64,000 nt of DNA from Eledone cirrhosa (taxonomy: Eukaryota): positions 230,826,001 to 230,890,000 of the forward strand of contig OZ024740.1 in the NCBI GenBank assembly GCA_964016885.1. Reading direction: 5' to 3'. The notes beneath the pieces were generated by a model. The model searched no databases and was not told the origin of the DNA. It worked only from the letters and a program-made list of their open reading frames with translations. The position numbers and the translations under genes are program-made. Of the stretch, positions 1 to 12,611 are shown in pieces. The first letter of the stretch is position 1, and the number at the start of each line of letters is the position of its first letter.

Positions 1-347
<347 letters not shown>

Positions 348-350
<3 letters not shown>

Positions 351-1102
351 AAAAAAGTAGGTCCTTCATCAGTGACCCTCCAACCGTCCCAGGCATTTCA
401 TCGCTTTAAGGGCTATATGCCTCAGGTTGGTGCGAACAACGGCTAAAAAAAGTCGTTGGGACACGTAAACAAAGGGGACGCCAGGGTAACAAACAAAAAA
501 GTTTAAGCAACGGAAAGTGAGAAGAAATAGACAAGTCCCAGATCTCTATGAATATAAACTCGGTGAAATCGTGAACAAGAGACAAAAGACCATCAAACCT
601 GGTTGAAATGTGAGCAAGGAAAGAATTTCGCCCAAGTTTGACGGGGGGGGGGAAGAGAGAGAGAAAAGAGAGAAGAGGAAGAAGAAGAAGAAGAAGAAGA
701 AGAAGAAGAAGAAGAAGAAGAAGAAGAAGAAGAAGAAGAAGAAGAAGATAAAGGGGTCTGGTCTACGAATTCGGTAAACGTAAGTTTTGTGAAGTCGCAG
801 ACGAAAGAGAGAGAGAAAAAAATTTCCATACCAGCTTGGTCAAGACCGCGCGAAAAAAGAATTACACACAGGTCAAACTTGAAGGAGGAGGAGGAAAGAG
901 GAGGAGGAGAGGTAGTGACAGAGAATGAGTGAGTGAAAGTTGAGGAGGAGGCTAACAGAGAAAGAGACTGCTAGAAAGGGTAAAAACGAACAGACGAGTG
1001 GCAGCAGAATAAAAATTATGTGTAAATATGAAAATAATAGGCTGCCCGTTGCAAATGGTGTGGCATGTGAAAAAGTAGGTCCTTCATCAGTGACCCTCCA
1101 AT
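348..1102 (-). mobile_element. Direct-repeat-bounded insert in (TA)n; possible non-autonomous Penelope-like remnant
   Basis: About 36-bp direct repeat tgt(a/g)aaaaagtaggtccttcatcagtgaccctccaa at 348-383 and 1066-1102; contains CTGATGA on the minus strand; no ORF. The PLE call is inference. Confidence 0.35.
678..746 (+). repeat. (GAA)n microsatellite
   Basis: Pure GAA run. Confidence 0.97.
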
Positions 1103-1940
<838 letters not shown>

Positions 1941-1942
<2 letters not shown>

Positions 1943-4417
1943 CATCAGCGTTTTACGTCCGTTCTTCCATGCTAGCATGGGTTAGATGGGCTGTGCTGTT
2001 GTGGGCAGTGTCTGGTCGGCTGACCATGCCTTGCTCATACAGGAACTGATTTTGGCTTGATTTCTACAGCTGGATGCCCTTCCTAACACCAACCTCATTT
2101 ACAGTGAGTGCTGGGTGCTTTTTTCCGTGGTGCCTACACGTCCACTTTACAGCATGGGCTGGGTGCTTTTTTGCCGTGGCACCTCCACGACCACCTTGCA
2201 GTGGGAGGATGTGGGGCATATTGTCTATATGCTTCAGCTTGTACCCATGGGAGGTCGGGTACTCTGTATTACTGCGTGACGCCAGAGGTCACGGTCGTGT
2301 GTTATCGCCTTTGAGAGGTGTAATTGGGTAAGGTCGGCTTTTATCACCTCATCCCAGGTCTTCTTGGGTCTCCCCACTCCGCGGTTTCCATTGACTTCTA
2401 GTGCTCTGCACCTTTTTATGCAACTGTCATCCTTCATACGCATCACATGTCCATACCAACGCAACCGCCTCTCCTGCACACAGCATTTGATTCCTCTTAT
2501 GCTCAGTCTCTCTCTCAATTCATTTATGCTTTGTCGCTCGCGTATATTACTATTACACATCCATCGGAGCATGCAGGCTTCGTTTCTTTCTAATCTACAT
2601 AAGTCTTCCACCTTCAGCGCCCAGGTCTCACTACCATGTAACATTGCTGTTCAGATACACGCATCATACAGTCTGCCTTTCATTTTATGTGAGAAGCCTT
2701 TTGCAGCTAGCAATAGCAGTAGTTCCCTGAACTTCTTCCATCCCATTCTTACCCTAGTTATTGTACTTTCTGAACACCCACCTCTGCTGCTAATTCGGTC
2801 ACCTAGGTAGCAGAAGCTGTCTACTGTTTCTACAGAGCCCTGCCAGAGATTGGTGGTACTTGTTTCCTATGGCTGTTTGCTGCTTGCTGTCCCAGCACAG
2901 CTGTTACATGTGAAGCTTACATTCTTAATTAAGCTTCCTGAGATCCCACTACATCTCTTGTGTACCCATTGTTTGCATTTGGGGCAGAGAATGGAATTCC
3001 TACCTACACCTTTCCTACATACTGAGCAAGGTCATTTCCCTGAGGGGATCTGGGTTCTGTTTTCTTGTCTACTTACAAGGACCCTAGTCTTTGTCATGTT
3101 GACTTTGAGACCCTTTCTTTCTAGTCCCTGCTTCCAACTTTGGAATTTCTTCTCTAGTTCTACCATAGCTTCAGCTATAAGTGCGAGGTCATCAGCATAG
3201 AGGAGTTCCCATGGGCATCCGGTCTTAAACTCCTCCGTTATTGCCTGCAGAACTATCATGAACAGGAGAGGGCTAAGAACAGAGCCTTGGTGGACACCAA
3301 CCTGTACGCTAAATTCCTCTCTATACTCATTGCTAATCCTAACTTTGCTGACTGCTCCCCTATACATGGCTTGTACAGCTTTCACAAGCCATTCATCTAC
3401 TCCTAGTTTTCAAAGAGCCCACCAGATTACAGCACGTGGAACTCTGTCAAAGGCTTTCCAGAGATCGACGAATGCCAGGTAGAGTGGCTTACTTTTAGCT
3501 AGGTACTTTTCCTGTAGCTGCCTCACAAGGAAGAGGGCATCAGTGGTGCCTCTTCCTGGTACAAACCCAAATTGCATCTCATCTAGTGTCACCCGGTCCC
3601 AAATCAACTGTGCTGTAACTCTTTCTGTTACTTTCATGACCTGGTCCATCAGCTTTATATCTCTAAAGTTTCCTCTATCTAGTGCATCACCTTTACCTTT
3701 GTAGCAGTTGACAATGATGCTACTGCACCAATCTTTTGGTATGACACCTTCTAGTATTACCTGGTTAACAATACGTGTGGTTTTAGTGTGACCTACAGAC
3801 CCAGATGCCTTCAGCATCTCGGCAGCTATACCCGATGGACGGGTCGCCTTCCCCATCTTCATATCTTTCATTGCCTTACTTACTACGCTGCTGCTGACTT
3901 GTACTGCTGGCCCCTCTATAGTGTCTACTTGGGGTAGGGTCTCTTCTTCCCATGCATTCTCCTCATTTAGTAATCTATCATAATGGCTCTTCCATGCATC
4001 TTTCTTCTCAACACTTGTGAGGGCAAGCTCACTTTTATCATTCCGGATACACTTCTCTCCAATGACATCACAATTCTCTCTGACACACTGCCTCGCAATC
4101 TTGAACATCTCCTGTTTCTGGTCCTCACATTGCAAAACATGCTTGAATTTTTTATCCTCTGCTTCCCTCCTAGCTAAGTATACTTGTCGCCTAGCTTCCC
4201 TCTTGGTCTCTATGTAATGTACCCTGCTCCCCCTGTTCTTCCATTCTTTCCATGCCTGTCTCTTGGCCTTAACTGCCTCATCTACCTTATTGTTCCACCA
4301 CCAAGTCACTCTCCTCCTGCTTGTGGTCTTACTCCAGCCACAGATCTCATCCGTCGCTTCTAGTAAGTTATTTTTTAGGAACTCCCAGTGCTCTTCTACA
4401 TTGAATGTCTGTATCTG
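1941..4417 (-). mobile_element. RTE-clade LINE (family A), 5'-truncated, defective
   Basis: RT motifs QFGFVPGRGTTDA, GVHQGSVLSPLLF, LLYADD; C-terminal RLRWYGHV and GRPKKTW; 3' UTR and short (GAT)n tail; stops and frameshifts. Confidence 0.95.
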
Positions 4418-4422
4418 AAAAG

Positions 4423-4482
<60 letters not shown>

Positions 4483-4486
<4 letters not shown>

Positions 4487-5130
4487 TCATCATCAATATA
4501 CGTCCGCTTCTCCCTGCTTGCAAGGGTGGGACGGGTCTTATTCAGCACAGCATCTCTCCACTTGTCACAGTCCTTCATCATATCCTCCGTGAGTTTCAGC
4601 AATCTGAGGTCTGCTCTCACCACCTCCGCCCATGTTCTTCGTGGTCTTCCTCTACTGCATCTTTCTTCTACTGCGATTTTTTGGGACTTCTCCACCCAGC
4701 GGTCATCCTCCATGCGCATCACATGTCCATACCATCGCAGTCTTCTCTCCCGCACACTACACCTTATCCCTCTTATACCCAGTTTCTTTCTCAACTCATC
4801 TATGCTTGGTCGTTCACGCACATTGCACATCCAACGGAGCATGCTTGCTTCATTTCTCTCCAGCCATCGCATATCCTCTGCAGTTGCTGCCCATGTCTAA
4901 CTAGTATGCAGCATTGCACATATCACACAGGCATCATATAACTGGCCATTCGTACACAGGGAGAAACCCTTCTTTGTCAACAGAGGAAGCAGCTCCTTAA
5001 ACTTCTTCCAACCCTTCCTTATTCTAGATACTATGGCCTCGGAACACCCACCTCCCCTGCTAATCTGATCGCCTAGGTACCAGAAGCTATCAACCGCTTC
5101 TATAGAACCTACCTGACAGTTGTGGGTTGT
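4483..5130 (-). mobile_element. RTE LINE (family B), 3' fragment
   Basis: ORF 4396-4872 with RLRWYGHVMRM and GRPRRTW; very short 3' end with (GAT)n; sequence differs from family A. Confidence 0.9.
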
Positions 5131-5319
5131 AATGATATCCTATATTGGCGATTTGAAGTTGATTTATATCTCGAAACAATTACATTTTTTTAATAAATAA
5201 CAACCTCCTCCTTGGGATGCAGATTTCAAAAATCAAAACTGTTTTTCTTTAAGATGCACCATTTCGAAGCCTTTGAGAGACATACACATATACACATACA
5301 TTCTTATTTGTAGCATATA

Positions 5320-5706
5320 TCTGGCATTACGCAGTATTACAGAAGACCAAACTTCCCACAGGCACAGGCCGTGACCGAAGCATATAAATAGTATGCACCA
5401 CGCCACACCACCCACTTCCATACATCTCCCATGAGGACAGGCTGAAGCATACATCTAGTGAAGTCTCCAGCCCACATTGTAAAGTGGTCATGTAGGTGTC
5501 ACAGGAAAAATCACCCAGTCCACACTGTAAAGTGGTCATGTAAGTGTCATGACAAAAAGCACCCAGCACTCACTGTATATGAGGTTAGAGCTAGAAAGGG
5601 CGTCCAGCTGTAGAAACCAATCCCAAATCGGTTCTGTACGAGCAAGACATGGACACCTGACCTGGCATTGTTCACAACAGGATAATTTGTCTAACCCATA
5701 CCAGCG
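5320..5706 (+). mobile_element. Diverged RTE 3' UTR fragment
   Basis: Similar to the family A 3' UTR (cactgtaaagtggtc units, gggcgtccagctgtagaaacc). Confidence 0.7.
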
Positions 5707-6164
5707 TTTAACAACTCTGAAGAAGCTGATTTATCACGTTGTTAATGCAAAGGTATTAGAAATCGAGTTTTCCGATAAATCCCATCGGATTAGCGAATCT
5801 AGATATTGATCACCTGATCATTGGTGAAACATGTGTCAGTTATGTAATAAGTGCTGGTCCTTTAACTATGAAATTGATGTATTCATAGGACTTATATTAT
5901 ATATATATAATTCAAATTAATAGATATATGTATATATATAGAGAGAGAGAGAAAGGACCATACACCTTATGAGTACACAGAGTATTTTGTATATATATAT
6001 ATACAAAGCACATATATCAAGGAAGAATATGTACTTTAGATGGAAAAAATTATAATTCCTAATAGCGCTATTTCATGAATCGAAGGACAACTTAAAATTG
6101 ATCCAAGCAATCGATCATCGATCAGCAACTATCTATTTTCGTTAAGTTATATATATATATAATA

Positions 6165-6508
6165 TCATCATCATCATTTCATTTTACATCCGCTTTTTCC
6201 CTGCTTGCAATGGTGGGACGGTCTGTGATACTGGCTTGATTTCTACAGCTGGATGCCCTTCCTAACACCAACCTCATTTACAGTGAGTGCTGGGTGCCTT
6301 TTTGCCGTGGCACCTCCACGACCACTTTACAGTGGAATGATAGGGACCCCAGTCCCTATCATCTCATTTCTACAGCTGAGTAAACTGGAGCAACGTGAAA
6401 TAAAGCGTCTTGCTCAAGGAAACAACACATCACCCGGTCTGAGAATTGAACTCACAACCTTTCGATTGCAAGACCAATGCTCTAACCACTAAGCCATGTG
6501 TCTCCACA
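6165..6508 (-). mobile_element. tRNA-derived CORE-type SINE with RTE-derived tail
   Basis: A box TGGCTTAGTGG, B box GAGTTCAATTC, CORE-like ccttgagcaagac...cagtttactcagctgtagaaatgag, (GAT)n tail; near-identical copies at 47622 and 58754. Confidence 0.9.
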
Positions 6509-6534
6509 TAAATATATATATATATATATTTATA

Positions 6535-6712
6535 ATCATCATCACCATCATTTTACATTCGCTTTTCTCTGCTTGCAAGAGTGGGACGGGTCCTTCTCAG
6601 CACAGCATCTCTCCATTCGTCACGGTCCTCTGTGAGCTTCAATGATCTGAGGTCAACTCTCATCACCTCCACACATGATTTTTGTGGTCTTTCTCTACTG
6701 CGTCTTCCTTCC
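6535..6712 (-). mobile_element. RTE family B 3' end
   Basis: Matches 4483-4670. Confidence 0.75.
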
Positions 6713-6989
6713 ATATATTATAATTGAGTAAAATGACAGGAGGCCAGACTGGCGAAATTCCTTCAAAGGTTTATTTCAGCAAACACAATGTACATTTCAG
6801 TGGTCAGGTTATGTAAGACCCTGGTGACATCATCAGTATATTGCATAATAGTTAGATAATAAAGGAATAATGGTAAATACAATCCAAGAGGCTCTAAGGA
6901 GAAAAAGCAGATAAAAAACAGGAAAAAAGTGTTTTGACTTGAAGGCGATCAAGAGGGCTAAGTTGTCAGTTTGGCTGACCGCCTCATAT

Positions 6990-9900
6990 ATCATCATCAT
7001 CATCATCACTGTTTTACGTCCATTCTTCCACGCTAGCATGGGTTAGACGGGTTGTCCTGTTGTGGGCAGTTTCCAGTCAGCTGACCTTGTCTTGCTCATA
7101 CAGGAACTGATTCTGGCTTGATTTCTACAGCTGGATGCCCTTCCTAACAACAACCTCATTTACAGTGAGTGCTGGGTGCTTTTTTTCCGTGGCGCTTACA
7201 CGTCTACTTTACAGTGTGGGTTGGGTGCTTTTTTGCCGTGACTCCTCCACGACCACCTTGCAGTGGGAGGATGTGGGGCATATTGTCTATATGCTTCAGC
7301 TTGTACCCATGGTAGGTCGGGTACTCTGTATTACTGAGTGACGCCAGAGGTCACGGTCGTGTGTCATTGCTTTTGAGAGGTGTAATTGGGTAAGGTCGGC
7401 TTTTATCACGTCATCTCAGGTCTTCTTGGGTCTCCCCACTCCGCAGTTTCCATCGACTTCTAGTGCTCTGTACCTTTTTAAGCAACTGTCATCCTTCATA
7501 CGCATCACATGTCCATACCAACGCAACCGCCTCTCCTGCACACAGCAGCATTTGATTCCTCTTATGCTCAGTCTCTCTCTCTCAATTCATTTATGCTTTG
7601 CCGTTCGCGTATATTACTATTACACATCCATTGGAGCATGCAGGCTTCGTTTCTTTCTAATCTACGCAAGTCTTCCACAGACAGCGCCCAGGTCTCACTA
7701 CCATGTAACATTGCTGTTCGTGTGCACGCATCATACAGTCTGCCTTTCATTTTGAGGGAAAAGCCTTTAGCAGCTAGCAGTGGCTCCCTGAACTTCTTCC
7801 ATCCCGTTCTTACCCTAGTTATTGTACTTTCCGAACACCTACCTCCGCTGCTAATTCGGTCACCTAGTTAGCAGAAGCTGTCTACTGTTTCTACAGAGCC
7901 CTCCCAGAGTTTGGTGGTGCTTGTTTCCTGTGGCTGTTAGCTGTCCCAGCACAGCTGCTACATGTGAAGCCTACATTCATAGTTAAGCTTCCAGAGATCC
8001 TGCTACATCTCTTGTGTACCCATTGTTTGCATTTGGGGCAGAGAATGGAGTTCCTACCTACACCTTTCCTACATACTGAGCAAGGCCATTTCCCTGAGGG
8101 GATCTGGGTTCTGTTTTCTGTTTTCTTGTCTACTTACAAGGACCTTAGTCTTTGTCAGGTTGACTTTGAGACCCTTTCTTTCTAGTCCCTGCTTCCATGT
8201 TTGGAATTTCTTCTCTAGTTCTACCATAGATTCAGCTATAAGTGCGAGGTCATCTGCATACAGGAGTTCCCATGGGCATCCGGTCTTAAACTCCTCCATT
8301 ATTGCCTGCAGGACTCTAATGAACAGGAGAGGGCTAAGAACAAAGCCCTGGTGGACACCAACCTGTACGCTAAATTCCTCGCTATAGTCATTGCTAATCC
8401 TAACTTTGCTGACTGCTCCCCTATACATGGCTTGTACAGCTTTCACAAGCCATTCATCTACTCCTAGTTTTCTAAGAGCCCACCAGATTATAGCACGGGG
8501 AACTCTGTCAAAGGCTTTCTCGAGATTGACGAATGCCAGGTAGAGTGGCTTACTTTTAGCTAGGTACTTTTCCTGTAACTGCCTCACAAGGAAGAGGGCA
8601 TCAGTGGTGCCTCTTCCTGGCACAAACCCAAATTGCATCTCATCCAGTTTCACCCGGTCCCTAATCAACTGTGCTATAACTCTTTCTGTTACTTTCATGA
8701 CCTGGTCCATCAGCTTTATACCTCTATAGTTTCGTCTATCTAGTGCATCACCTTTACCTTTGTAGCAGTTGACAATGATACTGCTGCACCAATCTTTTGG
8801 TATGACACCTTCTAGTATTACCTGGTTAACAATACGTCTGGTTATGGTGTGACCTACAGACCCAGATGCCTTCAGCATCTCGGCTCTTATACCCGATGGA
8901 CCGGTTGCCTTCATATCTTTGATTGCCTTACTTACTACACTGCTGCTGACTTGTACTACTGGCCCCTCTATAGGGTCTACTTGTGGTAGGGTCTCTTCTT
9001 CCCATGCATTCTCCTCATTTAGTAATCTATCATAATGGCTCTCCCACGCATCTTTCTTCTCAGCACTTGTGAGGGCTAGCTCACTTTTATCATTCAGGAT
9101 ACACTTCTCTCCAATGACATCACAATTCTCTGACACACTGCCTCGCAATCTTGAACATCTCCTGTTTCTGGTCCTCACATTGCAAAACATGCTTGAATTT
9201 TCTATCCTCTGCTTCCCTCCTAGCTAAGTATACTTGTCGCCTAGCTTCCCTCCTGGTCTCTATGTAATGTACCCTGCTTCCCCCGTTCTTCCATTCTTTC
9301 CATGCCTGTCTCTTGGCCTTAACTGCCTCATCTACCTTATTGTTCCACCACCAAGTCACTTTCCTCCTGCCTGTGGTCTTACTCCAGCCACAGATCTCAT
9401 ACATCGCCTTTAGTAAGTTATTTTTTAGGATCTCCCAGTGCTCTTCTACATTGAATGTCTCTATCTGTTCTTTACAGTCATAGGCGTTGAGTAAAATATC
9501 TTTAAATCTATTACTGGCTGAGGGGTCTTTCAGCTTCCAGATCTTTCTTCTCCAGGTTGGCTTCTGTTTCCAGGTTTGTCTAGTTCTGACCGTGAGGTCG
9601 CTGACAACTAAGCTATGTTAGGAGGTACATTCCTCACTAGGGAAGGCTTTTGTGTTTACGACCGTCCATCTGTCACATCCTCTGATGAGGATAAAATCTA
9701 TCTGACTAGAATGCTCCCCTGATCTATAGGTGATCAGGTGGTTGTCGGGTTTTTTGAAGTTTGTGTTACATATCGACATGTGATTGGCGTCGCAGAATTC
9801 CAGAAGCCTGAATCCTTCTTCGTTTCTTGTGCCAACCCCATGGCCTCCATGGACTCTATAGAAGCCGTCACAGTGTTTACCTACATGTCTGTTAAAATCT

Positions 9901-10153
9901 CCTGCAATGATTAGGAAGTCATTGTCATTTGTTAGAGCAGTAGTGTGCATGAGGGACTCGTAAAATCTATCCTTTAATTCGTCTGGCAACCCCGATTGGG
10001 GTGCGTAAGCTGATATTATTGTGGTAATTGTTTTATTCAGGACTAGTCTGAGTTTAATGATTCTTGCATTCACCCTGTTCACTGAGATTACCTTATCTAC
10101 CCACTTGTCAGCTAGTAGGATACCTACACCACCCATCCCATCGTCATTTCCCA
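6990..10153 (-). mobile_element. RTE LINE (family A), including the AP-endonuclease region, defective
   Basis: EEP motifs GVGILL, ISAYAPQ, AGDFN, SQIDFIL (9618-10150); RT in ORF 8069-9190; (GAT)n tail. Confidence 0.95.
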
Positions 10154-10165
10154 TATATATATATG

Positions 10166-10830
10166 AGCTAAACCTCATCTTCAAGAGAGCTTTGGCCCGG
10201 GCAAACATCCCCTCAATTTTGGAACCATCTGGGTTGTCCAGAATTGATGGGAAAAAACCTGACGGTCTTACCCTGAGCCCCTGGTGAAGAGGTAGGTGCC
10301 TTATTTGGGACATCACAGTTGGTCACTCCTTTGCTTCATCCCACATCCTGGATGCAGCGGTAAGGCCGAGAACTACAGCATCTGCAGCCGAACAGAACAA
10401 AATCCTAAAATACCGTGATCTGTCGGCTAATTTTCCAGCCTAAGGCGTTCAAGACGTTTGGTGGAGTTGGGCTACTGACTGCAAGATGCTTATCTTCCCT
10501 GGCAGCTCACCTAACCGAGGTAACTGGTGAATTTCGGGAGGGCGCTGGGTTGTTCCACCGCATTAGCCTCGCCATCACTGGCTTATCTCAAAAATTATTA
10601 GAGAGTTTTCCCAGTGCTCTTCGCGATATTGTTATTTTGCTCTGGTAGCAGCTGGTTTGTCCACCCTTTTGCCGCCCTTTTGTTGTACGTGGTCCTAGAT
10701 GTGTGTATTACCTGCTTATGTGTTGTTGTTTTCTTTCTTTTTTCCTTTCCCATTGTATATATTATATTTGTGTTTTCGTTCTGTAAGCTTTATATTACTA
10801 CATTTTTATACAACTGTGAACAAAACATAC
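10166..10830 (+). mobile_element. CRE-like RLE non-LTR retrotransposon, 3' fragment
   Basis: RLE region [22 protein letters not shown]...CLIWDITV, FKTFGGVGL; homologous to 14350-14930. Confidence 0.8.
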
Positions 10831-11762
10831 ATATATATATATATATATATAAAGTGAGAGTTGTGGAAGATTTTACTGCTGTTTCTATCAGGTCAGGCCT
10901 AAGAGGACAAACAGGAAATATAAAAAGTTAACAGGACAAATCAAATAGCTTGCCAGTGTTTGAGGAAAAGATCGCGAGTTTCTGACAACTGTTTTATAGG
11001 ACAGAAAACATAAACAAATGTTGCGAAAGTAGTTTAGTTGGTTTATATTTTTTCCACTCCAGTTCTGATATAAAAGCGGCTGTGAGATGATGGCATAATT
11101 AAGTCAGGGTTCACTTCGGAATGTGGGTGGATTTAAAGTAATAACAACGAAATAACAGTCAATGCAAATAGGTAAATAACAATCGCTAAGAATAACTAGG
11201 TTACTTACGGTAGTTCTCTGGATTGATAACAACATATTTCTTATTAGGTGTTTCCTTTATATACGTTTCCAATTTTCAATCGTTTTCGTTATTTCTCGTT
11301 CGTTTTCGTTCGGTTTTAATCAACGATTAATACAGTTCGAAGTCCAACCTTAAGATAACAACAAATAGAAGAACTTCATATATAAATACATACAAATAAT
11401 ACATACATATATATACACATACATACCTGTGCCAGATTTAGACATAAGCTAAACACACGGTGGTTTAGAGCTCCACAATCCGCAGAGGGCTCAAAATGAT
11501 TAAAATGTATGTTTTCAATTTTTAGGAGACCTGATAGAATTCAACAAGAGGTATTCAAGCTTTGTATAGCTTAGGGCCCTCTTTAGGTTTAAAGAGTGAA
11601 CAGATACGTGAGTGTACATAGCAAATAGAAACAACATACACATCCGTTTATGTGTCGTATGGAATCATTAGGAATATATTAAATATTGATGCTTACACTC
11701 TACTTATGTAATGAATTCCTGTTTAAACTGTGGTTATCCCCGGTTTCACTTGGGACATACAT

Positions 11763-11800
<38 letters not shown>

Positions 11801-12611
11801 GGGGAGGGGGTTGTGTTGACAGTGCGGTGACAATATGTGAAAGATAAACTATTTAAAGCTGTGTGTTTACCTGAGTTAAACATCCAACGAAATATTTAGC
11901 GACTGCTTTTAGTAAAGCTTCTCCTCCTGTTATATATAGCTTACTGGAAGTCACAACATGTAAGAACACAAGAGAAGGATGTAATTAAAGGGAAATAAAC
12001 GGAAATTGGCGTGGTCCTTGTTCCTCCCATCGAATATTACACCAAAACTATTGACGATTGTTCACTTACACACATAGACATATATATATATATATATATA
12101 ATACACACACACATATATATATATATATATAACATATGTAATACACACATGCATATATTTAATACACACACTGGCAATAACACATATGATACACACGTAC
12201 ACACTGACATACACATATATAATACACACAGATTTTTTTTTTCTCTCGTTCTGATTGTATATTTTTAATACCACCTGAGGTTAACTTTGCTTTTCATCCT
12301 TACGGGGTCGATAAAATAAAGTACCAGTAATGCACTGGCCTTGTACCAAAAGTAGAAACAATTATATTTATAAGGTTCCTATCAATAATTAATAGATTAT
12401 ATTTATGTACTTCTATTTAATCTTATATATTTGTTATATATATGTAATGTTATTTATACAATTGTTAAAAAAAAACTTAACATACATACAAACATACATA
12501 AACAGTATAAACACAAACATTGAGATATACACATATATAAATATACACACACAAACATACACATATACAGTATAAACACAAACATTGAGACATACACATA
12601 TATAAAAATAC

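Noticed and set aside
380-432. Pistol or hammerhead ribozyme on the minus strand (gcccttaaagcg; CTGAGGC...GAAA)
   Set aside because: No upstream pseudoknot partner for pistol; no A9, stem III or UH site for hammerhead
2364-3482. Plus-strand ORFs over RTE copies (also 7426-8387, 37726-38684, 48985-49881)
   Set aside because: Antisense shadows of RTE ORF2
9618-10316. 232-aa ORF as a novel fusion protein
   Set aside because: Chance read-through from antisense CRE sequence across a (TA)n seam into the RTE endonuclease
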